In this document: piece after piece, positions 23,537 through 36,700 of the stretch
How positions within the stretch are numbered: the stretch's first letter is position 1
How the letters are laid out: each line of letters starts with the position of its first letter
Assembly: GCA_030704615.1 (NCBI GenBank)
Contig: CM060733.1
Span: 10,726,001 to 10,790,000, forward strand
Reading direction: 5' to 3'
Length of the DNA: 64,000 nt
From: Takakia lepidozioides
Taxonomy: Eukaryota > Plantae > Bryophyta
Program-made: the position numbers and the translations under genes
The notes under the pieces: model-generated
Databases searched by the model: none
Told to the model about the DNA's origin: nothing
The model's input: the letters and a program-made list of their open reading frames with translations, nothing else

Positions 23537-26500
23537 CTAGCATACCTTGCTTGCTTTCCGGCAGCGGCGGTGCTCCGGGTGAGAGGTGTCTATGGTGGTT
23601 TGGCTGCAGTTCATTATAACTTCCACTGGTATGCTGACTTGGTTCCCTCTTAGTTCTGCTTCGGTCACTCCCGGGCCACACAAGGGAAGTGGTATTGCAC
23701 TTTCTCCTGTCTCTGTGGGCTGCACCACACAAGCATTCATGCAAATTAAGAATTGGCAATCTTGATTTGACAAGTGGTCTACACGTTTACAGTTTTCACT
23801 CACTCAATTAGATTTACAGTATACCTCTAGGTCGGAAGAGACCATCACAGCGCGTAATCATGTTCATACACTGAAAGAACTGCCTTTTACTATATATATT
23901 TCGCGTGCTCTGTGACTGCACTTTCAGTTTGCTATTTCAAGGCGTGGCAAACAGTTGTTAGATTACCAAGAAGCTTGTGACTAGATTATGCATGTGCTAG
24001 ACTGGTAGAGGATAGATCAACATCAGGCATCCTCAAACTTCAACAGATTCAACCTGACGTAAGACCTGCGCTTTCCATGCATGGATGAATGCTGCCTACC
24101 TGGCAAAGCTCCTGCCTCGCTTGTCTTGGCAGAGGTGGCTTCTTAAGCAATCCAGAGAACCCAGGCTGTACAGTGGTGGATTGGATAGAGCGATCATGTT
24201 CTGGGCGTGTAACCTCAGAGCCTATATTTTGCACACGCCCGTAGGTTGAGCCGTGAGTGTTAATGCAGTCAATAACAGCATTGCCCTGCTTGTTGGTCTC
24301 GCTCTTTGCATCTGCGACAAAAACACCACGTACGCATATTGAATGCTTATTCTAGTTTCCTGCGTATTCCCAGCCGTGGAGGGGCCGTGGACGCCTAGTA
24401 GTGGTAAACCTGCAGCTGCTGATGTTCTAGAATTTGATACTCGTGTTACTGGACCGTATGTCCCGACTTCGGATAATCAACCACCCTGTTGCAAGAGAAC
24501 TTCAAAGTTTATCCATATACTAGTCCTGCGGTGAATCTGCAAGGGGTCAAAGGTACTCATGTACGTGGAAGCAGTCATAAAGAATTCTGACTCACTGACT
24601 GCTGGAGACCTCTGTGGATGGAGATTTGATTGCCCAAATGCGAGTTCGGGCTCTTCAGTAGGCTTCTGCACCTGTGAGCCAGACTTGCGATTCAGTGGTC
24701 GGTTATGTGAAGAAAACAAGAATCGTATGCGTATAATTACGTTCGTTAGGAATCCGCAGCATCCGATCAGATGAGTTGAGGACAACTAGGTTAAATGTCT
24801 TTCACGTTAGAAGCCTTAATCTTATATGACAGTGACTTGACTGACTACATTTGATCTCACCTGCGTCTTTGTCTCTAAGGTCGGTTGCAGCTCCTGCAGT
24901 TTCTTCTTGGCCTCTGACGTGTGAAGTACACGTCGACCTGTCAGATAAGACGCAGCACCATGCAGATATTATTCTGGCACTGTCGAGATCCAGAGAGGGT
25001 CCAGCATGATGCTGCAGAGAAGAATGCACCGGTTTTCGAGAATTCTACCAGGCAGAGAGACGTCCCAATCTTAGAACTTTGTGACGATGCCCGATTATAT
25101 GGACCAACAGCTAGATAACCCACTTACATCTGAAAATTATTGAAGTATTAATGACAACTAGATAGGCAGAGTAACTGCTTCCAGTTCTCAGATTAGATTT
25201 ATACTCGCAACGTGATTTCAACAATGAGCAACCACACTAGTAGCATCTACTTCAATAGTCTTAGACGTGGTTTAGTAGTTACTAGTATATCTAAATCAAT
25301 TATTCTGAAGTGTTGCTCGAAAATTGATGCATCACTCTCATTTGAAATTGTTCGATATTGCATATAGTTACCCAAGCGCCTGTTTTTCGCTGTCCCTTCA
25401 ATGTAACCATCTTTCGCCATCCGATCCAAATATTTTCGAACTATCACCATGCTAACTGCACCTTTCATTTCGTTGTGAAGCTGTGCGATGGTAACATAGT
25501 CCTTGGAAAGCGTAAAAAGCAGGGCCTGGGGACACACGGATAAATTGAACAACATTGGATCTCATTTGTACCTATTCTTAAGCTAGTAGCTGAGATGTAC
25601 AGGATGTTGAGTTCAAGAAACACGAGATGTCCACTCTTGATACTACTTGAAATTCTCGCGGGTACACACACCAGAAGGTCTCTACAATAGGCTTTTCCTG
25701 TAAAGCACCTGCTATTTACGAAATAATGAAGACCTTTCCAATGTGATACATAGGGTTCCTGCATCCTATTATTAGAATAAAGTAGTTGTAAACTGTACTG
25801 TTCATGTGCTACGCAAAGGATTCAAGCTGGAATTTGAGGTAGCACCTTCCTGTAATTATTGTCTTGATCCGCTTCACGTTGCAGGACATCCTTAACTTGT
25901 TCTAGTCCATTTGGAAAGCTGTTTGAGATCCCCTGAGGGTCTTTCTTTGCACAAGGAGCAGTTTCATTGCTGGGCCGAGTCTCTACCCAGCCGTTGGTCT
26001 GCTCTTGGCCGGCCTGCTTTTTTCCAATTATTTATATTCCTTAGGTGGCGTGAAACAACGTAACCCACATAATTGACATCCCTAATGGACAGCTGAAATT
26101 GGATATAACGTCATGGTGTAAAGGCAGAATATAGAAACCTTCTCTTTATTGATCTGAAAGAGATCTCTTTCAACCACTTTGAGGAGTCCTTCTTCAACAA
26201 GACACTTCACGTGCTCTGCCAAATCATTGCAACTTCGTCAGAATTATATGCAGTTCTGGTCTGAATGCATATATCACCATCATTCTCCAATAGAAGTAGA
26301 ATTTAAGTTTTATAGAAGGGTTCTTTTTCATATGATATATCGAGGATCATGTTCAGATACATCTGGGTCGCACATGTACATTCATGTATATAAGTGACAT
26401 TTAGGACCAGTTTATAGTCATACACCCTAATCGTATAGGTTTCCCGAGCCGCTTGGAGGTGTACACACCTTCTATGCGTACCTGCAACCACAGAAAGGTA

Positions 26501-29500
26501 GAAGTGAGTTGAAGTCACGTGACGTGCTGTACTTCTAAAACATATAATGTGGTAGCAGAATACCAGTGGCGTGAACGATAAGTCATCATGAATGTACACG
26601 TCTGTCAAGTAACACGGTTACAGAATTACCAGAGATATTTCTGGAAAGTTCCCAAGAATGCAGAACATGTCGATCTTGTCATGGTCTCCTGTTCGAATCC
26701 ACTCTCTTACGCTAGCAAGGCTTTGAGATGAATTGACCTGGGAATCTGGTGTATCCTCTGTAAATGCTCAAACAAAGTGCGGTCAGATGCCTCCTCCTCG
26801 CAAGGGTTATGTACACCGAGTGTACACCTCCCAGTTGAAATTATTTTAGTCAAGCTGATATTTACACTCAGAAATAGTCTTTACAAGGCGGATCGGAATA
26901 ATCGATAGAGAGGACTTCACATCAATTGGAAATTTCAAATTTCTGGAACGTCCAGGGTTCAAACGTTCCAGGGATCTTCAACGAAATTCTTTGCACTGAA
27001 GACTAGAGTCCAGCAATAAGTATACCAGTTGGCAACAAATTTTGCAATTATAAGTCAATGGGAGGCGGAAAGCCCACCATCCATGGCCTGCAGTTTTCGA
27101 AGTTCTGTTGCAAGGGCATCAGCTGGTGGTTCAACTGTAACAGTGATGGTTCAGTAAATTTTATCAGTCAAACAAGGCAAGGATCCAAAAATTTCATTTC
27201 GGGTAGAGTACTACAGATAGCACCTAGAAAAAACGACGATTAGTGTGCAGGCCTAGATGTAGACCATAGGTTCAAAGTTTAAAAGAGCTTGCAGTAAGTT
27301 CACTGCAAGATCTGAATCAGGGCCTAAAATGTGGAAACATGCATACTTTCCTCAGATAGTCCAATGATATTCCTTGATATTTGAGTGGTTGTTACAGTTA
27401 TGTATTATATTACCGTGACCTCGGAAAGATCCTGACTAGTTCAAATTATTTTCAAAACTTTGGCAAGTTTAACTAGCAGTCCACTCCACCGACACTCCTG
27501 AAATCGCTTTATCTATATTAAGTGTAGATCTTGCTACGGATTCAGGTTGAAAGAGTTACCTGCAGCTGGAGCAATGACATCTGATACCTACAGAGGGATA
27601 AGCATTAGCAATGAGTCTCCATTTCGACTATATATAATCTAAATCTTGGACCTTGGGCACTGCAACAAACCTCAGCAATTCAGCTAGAGAATATTATTAA
27701 GCTTCACTGGATAAGAAATTGTATCACACCTTCTTTTTATTTTCTTGGAGCAAAATTTTAATAACCAAAAAAACTATTACATACATACCTATGACGGAAA
27801 GGACCTTTTGACTACCTTATCTTTCGCAGCTGGGTTGCAGGTTGACCTTGGAATTAGAAACGTGTTAACATCGGAGCCTTCGGAATCAGATTCGGAATCA
27901 GAATCAGTAGTGTCACTTGTATCAGATCCAGAATTCTTGACTTGTCCCTCATTCTCATCTTTACACGGATCAAGAATGCTTTTCATCTGGCCCAAACAAG
28001 TAGGAGAGGAGTAGGAGAGTTGACGTTAGGCCGAAGAATATGATATAAATCTGATTCGCTTGAACGGGGTACATGAGTGGAGCAGTTTCAGGAGTCAAAC
28101 CTTGAGAGAGACTGAGTAATGTCGGCTATTAACTTTTCCAACCTCCATCTTCAAAGGTACTCGAGACCACTTGCTATACTCTTCATAGGTGCTTGGGACA
28201 AATAACGGCGGCTCATAGTCTGCTGGCTGCAGATTAGTTGAGAATCATGTCAAAACACAATCTAGTTGCTACTTGGGATCTAGCATGGTTATTGAGCAAG
28301 TTACATTAAGCAGGGTATAAACCATAAAAATTCCGATCGTGAATATCATCTCCAACTGCGACACAAGTAGATTCCAAGACTACGAGAGTTTCTTGACATC
28401 TACAAGATTTCAAACGACAAAGCTTCCTGGGACTAATATCCAACGAAGTTTGCAAAAATGGAATTCTTGAACAAATGTATAATGTTCTTACTGTTACGTC
28501 ATCGTAGTAGTAAAGCTTCATGATGATAGTTCGCTGCTCACGTGCACATGTACAAGGAGATAGATGTCAACTCGTGACTATTTGTCAAACTTTTCACAAA
28601 GCTGGTCAAAGAAGACGGAGCAAGAAATTGATTGATGAATGGTAATCACAATATTTGCAGAATGGGACTGTACCGAGCTAAAGGGAAATATGTAACGATG
28701 CCTTTAGTTTTATTTCTGTTTGCATGGAACGCTCGAGGAACGCTCGGCGAGGAGTATAGTGATATATAGTACTGGAAGTATTCAACTATATATATTCCCG
28801 GTTTGTTTGGGTAGTCTGAAACAGACTTCAAGAGATGATGACGTTGGAACCTGAATTCGACGAAACATGACAACTCCAGAAGTGCAAAGAGAGTTACTAC
28901 ACACAGATGTGTACCTCTTCGGGTACACTGTCCAAAGTGTGCATAAGCTGCACGAGTGTGCGCACCATTTTGCAGGCTGAGTTCCTGCATACAATTACAG
29001 CATTATCAAACCGCATCACTCCACGGCATAGATATCAGAACAATCGACCACCCCGGAAGAAATTATATATAGGCATTCTAACAACTTATGTACAGTATCC
29101 GGGCAGGCGAACTATTTCTTGGTCCAATCTAGCATTGCAATAATCACCAGTTCTTCTGTTAAATCCAACGTCCATTGTATTGAAGATTCCAACGGGATCA
29201 ACTGATACATCATTGATCCACAAGTACAAATTTATAATGTTAATACTGCAGTTTCGCAGACACACTCCTCTAGAATTCTTACTTCATCTCTTGTGGAGTC
29301 AGGTGATCAGTGGATTTTGTCTTCAATACATTCTTGCCGGTGCTGTTATGTGAACTGTGATCGATGCTCATGAATACTGCTGATTCACATGAATTTGTGT
29401 AGCTGAAGGAAACTGCAGCCATAAGTTTTCAGTCTTAGACACCCTGCATGCGGAGATATTTGTGCGAACTAAACAGAGAGCATATGCACTTGAGCTTTCA

Positions 29501-30632
29501 AGCCAGAAGCTGCAAGAATCAACTCCTTACAGTTGTATTCTTCTACCAATGGACCATCGTCCGCATCACAGATACCAAACAAGAGCGTCCTCAGGTACTT
29601 CTTCTGAAGGGCATCATAAACACCTGCACAGAGTAAACAGACATCTGATTCAGCTGTCTGTCGGAGTCACGTGATTTTAGTAGTTCTGGATAACGTAGTA
29701 AGCCTGGCCAGCATTAATATTGAAATGATGATGAATTACCCTTATTAAACTCATGTGAACTCTACCTATGGAAGAATAAATCCGAAATGCACGCGTCTGC
29801 ACGATCTTAGAGCTATGCTTTTTTAGTACAGCTCAAGGAAATGTTCCACAGATCATCCATACATATGTAAATATGATTATATCAGTTGTCAGCGTGAAGA
29901 GTAGGATATGATCAAAACTGAACTGAAAAATGATTTAGTAATGCAGGGGTCTCACCTTTTTCCATCCATTCTATGAGTCTCTTTGATTCCATGTCTGTGG
30001 GCATCAGCTTCTTGACTTTCATTTCTGTCAATAAAATCCAGAACTCCAGCAATCACAACGAGGATCCTTATATAATAACTTAGTGGGAATTTTCACAGAA
30101 AGTTCTTGAGATCAGACCTCACAGGCACGTCATTCCGAGCTTCAGTGACATCTACAGAAGATTCAAAGGAGTCCACTGATCAACAGTTATGCACAGGTGC
30201 CACTACCACATGTCCCCTTGAGAGCCCCCGGAGCACAAGCAGATATATAACTTTTGACGATAGACGGGCGTCAGCCGAAACGTACCAAGTGCGGGCACAT
30301 TCTTGTCCTCAAAGTACTCGTCGGGAAACAGACCCCTGATGTAGCATATGTTGAACACGGCGATGCGTAGAAGATTTCGAGTCTGGATTGGACAAGAAAC
30401 GGTCGATCACATTAATTGTATCAGAATTTCTAATTCGGCGGTTATGCTGAAGACAACTACCTAGCTAATCGCAGCATAGACGAAGAAGTTCTTAAGGGAA
30501 ATCAAGATCAGCTGCGAACTGCTTGAATTCGTCGACTCCATTTGTACGTACCAGTTGCAATGACTCTAGCTCTGCAATTGTTACAGCTTCCGGCTTCGTA
30601 GCCTGTGCGTGATGTGTTGGCGCAGGCGTCAT
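23537..30632 (-). CDS. ASY1: Meiotic axis HORMA-domain protein ASY1/PAIR2 (HORMA plus SWIRM-like winged helix), many exons; 3' end uncertain
   Basis: Exons encode [113 protein letters not shown]...[15 protein letters not shown]...NRRLG and C-terminal RRCRKASK, collinear with plant ASY1. ATG at 30632. Confidence 0.92.
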
Positions 30633-30708
30633 GGTTCCTTCTCAAGTGTGTATAGCTCCTGCAGCATACGCTCTGCTCACGGCAGCGAAAAATCAAATGT
30701 CAGGGCCA

Positions 30709-31027
30709 CAGGAATGTGAATTCTTGCTCTGCCTACATTCGCACATGCCTTGTCACCCACAGCAACAATCTTGGGGCTGTTTTAGCAGTCAAGTATGTCA
30801 CAAGCAATACTGGGATAAAATGTCCAGAATTTGAAGTTATACTAGTGATGGCACGAAGTAGGAGAAAGTATGCCTCCAGCACATTCGCAACCAGCATGTC
30901 ATGGGCAATACACAGACTTGCAAGCAACTATAAGATTGGATATGACAATACCATAATTCTCCATTGCAACTCCGATTACAGGTCAGGGACAAGGTTAACG
31001 AGATGACTATACCTTCTCAACACGAAG
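30709..31027 (-). repeat. Inverted copy of aminopeptidase intron 45786-46060 with short exon flanks (native about 45771-46084)
   Basis: Direct reverse-complement similarity; donor GT at 31012-31011 and acceptor AG at 30734-30733 retained. Confidence 0.9.
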
Positions 31028-31261
31028 AAAATCTGTGCTGCAGACACCAAGAGAGGGGAGACGCAGCAAAATGTGCCTTCCCACTCAAGGGAGCTAAAGA
31101 GATTCACGGGGCGAAAGGGGACAGAGACGATGAAGAGGGGCCGAAACCGGGAGCGGGAGTGGCGAGGCTACAGGCCGTAGCCCTTGCTCGCAGCGCATAC
31201 GGAACATCCCGCGTATCGCGGTGTGAGGCGCCATTAGTGAGCTCTGCTATGTACGTATGAG

Positions 31262-31870
31262 GGTTTGCGTTCCCAAAGCTCACGTTGCCTTTTGGCAGCT
31301 TGTTACATTCGACAGTTGAGATGGTACGCATGGGAGGGAATTACCCATTATTTCAGACGTTCAGACCTTCCAAAGGCCCTATTACTCTTTTCCTTGTCCT
31401 TCAGCTGGCTGAAATTCTTTGTAGTGTGGAGTGGACCATCTCACAGTCATGGCCTTGTTCCTACGGTTTTTCCTTTTCTAAAAGGACAAGAAGAGAAGGG
31501 TTTGTTACATCCATACATGCACATATGCATCCGTCACCATGCAACATTAAGTCCAAATGGCTAGGCTGGGATTTAGGAGCTGCGAGGATGTACATGGGTT
31601 GACTATTCTCCTGTGTCATGTCATGTTTGTGTCATGTTTGCCCCCAGTTTGATAGATGCAAAAAATCGAGTAAAATATCTCATGACAGATGAGATTCATG
31701 CCAACTGTGATTTCTGATAAAAAAAGAATATTGAGGGATCAAATGGCTTAGTTTAGAGATACTGTTGCCCTCTTATACCAGCCCGGGAGTGCTAGGCCCA
31801 AGTGGCAGGGAAATCTCAACCTGAAAGTAAGGGATCGCTCCAAAAACGAAGTTGTTTTCTGTGAAATACC
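31262..31870 (-). repeat. Diverged inverted copy of intergenic DNA at about 49890-50520
   Basis: Shared blocks in collinear order, e.g. CTCTTTTCCTTGTyCTTCAGCTGGCTGA, CTTTTCTAAAAGGACAAGAAGA, TGTTTGCCCCCAGTTTGAT, TGTTGCCCTCTTATAC, AACCTGAAAGTAA. Confidence 0.85.
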
Positions 31871-32136
31871 TTGGAACAGTCATTTGCGAGTTGCCACTAG
31901 TGAGGAAAAATCCTCCCCCTTCCCTGGGCGGTGTCCCATTCTCCTCTCACTATTAAGGGGCCTGATTTGTGAGCTGTCGCTCCCAGGTGTTTAACAAAAA
32001 AAAAAACAAACAAACACTTTGCCAAATAGTATTCGTCTGAAGACAAATTGGTTAAGACATGACCACCCACATGTAAGCACTGGCACGGAAACTCCCACTC
32101 AGCTGTGGAAGAACTACCACTCCAACTTGCACTCAC

Positions 32137-33327
32137 TGGCCACACTAGGGGACTCTCCACGCTGTTTGCTAGCAATGAGGTCCAGCAGAAGCTTGCGGCC
32201 TAGTGCTTGCCCAGCCTTCCCACCTGCCCAAATTCACAATCATGCCATTGGACAGCTTACACTTCAATCACACGGAACCTGTGGATGACATTTTCACTAT
32301 GTTGTCGGGGGCCATTGGCCCATGATCCCAGACAAGCGGTGCAGATCTGAGACATTGACGATCCTCACCCTGGTAGACAAGTTAGCTCTCAACAGGTTGC
32401 AATTCGGCCTCCGCTCAAATGATCACCCTGTAGCCCCTCGTAGTGATCATATCGCGAGTCACTTCTCTGTAAGGAACCCAAAGGAACCAAAAGTGACGAT
32501 ATTTGTATTGAAGAGGTTCGCATTCTACCCAACCAAGATCCATTTTGTATTGTCAGCCATGACTAATCATTGACGTACCATCAACTGGAGGCAACAGGCC
32601 ATGAGACACGTAAGAAAGGGTTCTTAGACACTAATGCATGATCCAGGTCAGAAAGTGACACAGGATTGTGAAGCTGGAACTGACAGCAAAAGAGAAGAGT
32701 GACCCACCAATTGATCATCCGAGTCATGTGCAAGAAGGAAGACAAGATCATCATCTCAGATATCAGACACCAGGGGCATAGGTGCCCTAAGATTCCGCAG
32801 CAATGATGGCACCAATTTCTCCATACTGTCCAGGAATGTGAATTCTTGCTCCGCCTGCATTCACACATGCCTTGTCACATACACCCACAATCTTGGGGCT
32901 GTCTTAGCGGTCAAGTTATGTGACATGCAATACTGGGATAATGTCCAGAATTTGAAGTCTATACATTCCCTTGTCCTCATCATGTGATGGCACAAAGTAG
33001 GAGAAAGTATGCCTCCAGGACATTCGCAACCAGCATGTCATTGGCAATACACAGGCAACTATAAGATTGATAAGACAATACCAGAATTCTCCATTGCGAC
33101 TCCTATTACAGGTCAGGGACAAGGTTAACGAGAGGACTATACCTTCTCAACATGAAGGCCAGCTGTGGTGACAGCTGCCATCAGTACTATTCAAGGGAAG
33201 TAGCACCTGCCCTTCCTTTACAGCAGAATGGCACAAATCATTGCCATCGGAGTCAAGAAGGCCCACTGCCAACAGAAGGAGCATAGGCTCCTTCTCTGAT
33301 TGTCCTGGAGTTGGTGACACCTTCTGC
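32137..33327 (-). pseudogene. Inverted unprocessed partial duplicate of the aminopeptidase gene (native about 45600-46778; three exon pieces, two introns)
   Basis: [26 protein letters not shown] versus native [26 protein letters not shown]; intron sequences also align; frameshifts present. Confidence 0.93.
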
Positions 33328-33705
33328 TGGATAGCAGGTCCCACCAGCTGCAAGATCATTTTCAAGCTCCTGGACAGAACTGTCATATGCTCCTAAATCG
33401 TGTGAGAAATTCAGCTCAAACTGCAAGAATCCCAACTTCAAGTCTGGTGTTCACATCCATACACCAACAGGATCTCTTCATGCTATTGTTCTTGCAAAAT
33501 CTTTTGTCAATATCTCCAAAATAAGGTTTTCCGTGACCTAAATGCTTCTGTCCAAATCATACTTGTATGTTAATCACAATGGGCACCTCCGAGAAACTGG
33601 CATTCGTGGACACCAATCATTTCTTTCGACTCTACTCTTTGCTAACAAAAACAATTAGAACCCATTCACAAATGCAGCAACACAATCTCACCTAAGGTTC
33701 TTGAT

Positions 33706-36700
33706 TCACCAGTAATCCCCACAAGAGCAAATGCCCTCTTGGAAGTGGTGAAAACGGTTGGCATCCCGTACAACGAGTGCTCGCCTAACAACCTTCGAGA
33801 TGAACTTGGTGGCAATGTGGCAGTCACCACACACCCGAAGATTCTTGATGATGCGGATAGGCGTCCCAGGGGGCGTGCTGATCAACCCAAAAGCAATGGC
33901 CAGCTTCTCACTGTGGTGGCAGAGAGAAACTTCCTTCTGCTCCTCCTCCACATCGTGCAATACAAAGCGTGTGTCAGGCATGTACCCGGCCTCCTTCATA
34001 CACTGAGACAATCTCTTCAGCTCAGCATTGATTTCCTCAATTTGTGGGTGCAATTTGTCGCCTACAGCAAATGTATGGACCTGGTTGTCCACCTCAATGC
34101 AGCTGCTCCCTGGTTCCTTTCTGACACCTCTAAGCTGCATCATTTTTCTCACCTTTGCTGTATCATCCCACCTACCAGCAGCAGCATAGATATTTGATAG
34201 CAGCACATAGGTTGCAGCATCCTGTGGATCCAACTTCAGAAGGCATTTTGCCGCATGTTCTGCTACGTCCACATTCCCATGAATTCTGCAGGCACCAAGC
34301 AAGGCCCCCCACACGGCAGCATCTGGTTCTATTGGCATTTTGTTAATGAAATCCTCTGCCTGCTCCAATCTCCCTGCACGGCTAAAAACATCCACCATGC
34401 AGCCAAAATGCTCCCCTGTAGGAGAGAGGCCATGTTCTCGACTCATCGAATCAAAGTAGTGACAGCCTTCATCCACTAGGCCCACATGGCTACATGCAGA
34501 GAGAACACATGTAAAGGTGATACAATCTGGCTTCACGCCTTCTTGTTGCATTTGTTCAAATAGCTGCAGGGCCTCCCCACCATCCCCATGCTGAGCATAT
34601 CCTGCAATCATTGCGCTCCATGAGACCACATTTCGCTGAGCCATATTGTTGAACACATGACGTGCATCCTCTATGCTCCCACACTTGGCATACATGTTAA
34701 CAAGCGTGTTTTCCAAATTTATGTACGAGGCAATGCCAGCTTTGATGATGTCAGCATGGACCTCCTTGCCCTCTTCCAGGGCTGCCAAGCTGGCGCATGC
34801 ATTGAGAACACCAATGTATGTGATCCTGTCGGGCACCTCCCTTTCCTGTACCATTTTCGCATACATCTGGAAAGCCTCCCGACCAAACCCATGCTGGGTA
34901 TATCCTGCAATCATCACATTCCATGAGACCACATCCCGTTTGGCCATATTGTCGAACACTTGACGTGCATCCTTGATGCTACCACATTTGGCATACATGT
35001 CTACAAGGGCAGTCTCCAGAATGATACCTGGCAAAATTCCAGCTTTAATGACATCAGCATGAACCTCTTTGCCCTTTTCCAGGGCTGCCAGGTTGCCACA
35101 CGCATTGAGAACACAAGAGAATGTGATCTTACTGGGTGTCAACCCTTCCCATACCATTTGCTCATACATCTTCAAAGCCTCCCCACTACACCCATGCTGA
35201 GCATATCCTGCAATCATCACATTCCAGGAGACCACATCTCTCTGAGCCATAGTGTCAAAACCTTGACGCGCATTCTCCATGCTTCCACATTTGACATACA
35301 TGTCAACAAGAGCAGTCTCTAGAATGGTATCTGTTGCAACCCCAGCTGTAATGATGTCGGCATGGATCTCTCTGCCCTTTTCCAGGGCTCCTAGGCTGGC
35401 GCACGCCTTGAGAACACAAACGAATGTGACATTGTTGGGCGACCATCCTTTCGATATCATCTGCTTGTAGATCTCAAAAGCCTCCCTACCACACCCATGC
35501 TGTGCATATCCTGCCATCATCATAGTCCATGTGAACACATCTCGTTCAGGCATTTTGTCAAACACAAGGCGTGCATCTACCACACTTCCACACTTGGCAT
35601 ACATGTGGACAAGGGTGTTGAGTAAAAAGATGTTTGGCTTAAATCCACTCTGGATGATGTGGGCGTGCACCTGCCTTCCCTCTGCTAGGCCTTTCATCCT
35701 GATACACTCCTGCAAGAGACAGACATAAGTACTGTAGTCTGTCAAAATGTCTCCTAGATCCAAAATGTGCAGCGCCTCTCTCAGTTTTCCTGCCTTACAT
35801 AGTGCCCTCACATCCGCACCAGTGCCAGAAAGGTTTTCATGGGCTCCTTCTCTTGGTCCTTTTCCAAAAGCAGGAGTGGTAGTGGAGGTGCATGATTCAA
35901 AGGACTTTGCTGCTGCTGCTGCTTCCAGTTGATCACCCGCCCATGCAGGTATCTTGTACCTATCACTCCACATTGCCTTGTTGGTACTCTTATACTTGAG
36001 ATCTGGTCCTCTAGGCCGAATCTGGACCCACACTCATCCCTGCCTCCTTCAGTTATAGTTGCCTCCATAACAGAAAATGTATTGATCCTCCCCCACACCG
36101 CAAGTAGCTGCCATTCATATACAGCAAACACCCCGCCCTACCAAACACTAGTTTGCATGCTGAATTGGTGGCAAGACCAAAACACTTGTGGGAGGCAGAG
36201 AGGCAGAGAGAGAGAATATAACTGAATACCCTTGCCGGATTGCTATTATAAAAAACTAGACTTTCAGGTTAGAAAAGCAGGCCATAATTGTACTACTGCT
36301 CACCCAGCCAACTCGGCGATCTTACAAGGACTGGGGTGTTGGTTTAAGGGTTGGCATCATCGTTATGAAGCACGCTGCACATATCAGCTGCTACATGGTC
36401 CCCCACCTTCCATAGCACAAGCGTGGCAGTGCGTGTCATGCCACTTCACACAAAAGTACAAAAAGGAAGACAACATAGGCATTGCCCGGTGGCCACAGGA
36501 GAATCCCCTCTAAAAGTTAGCTAGGAGTTCGAGACCACCAAGGTATTTGAGACAGTCTGGAATTTCTTTTACACTAGCACTGCCAACAACATTAAAGTCC
36601 CAGGGAATTGAGTGTTGATTACTGTGCTGGCACTGCTTTCATGCTAGAAGGCATGAGGCTAATCCAGCACTGCTAAACAATGGGACACATTTGAAAGTGG

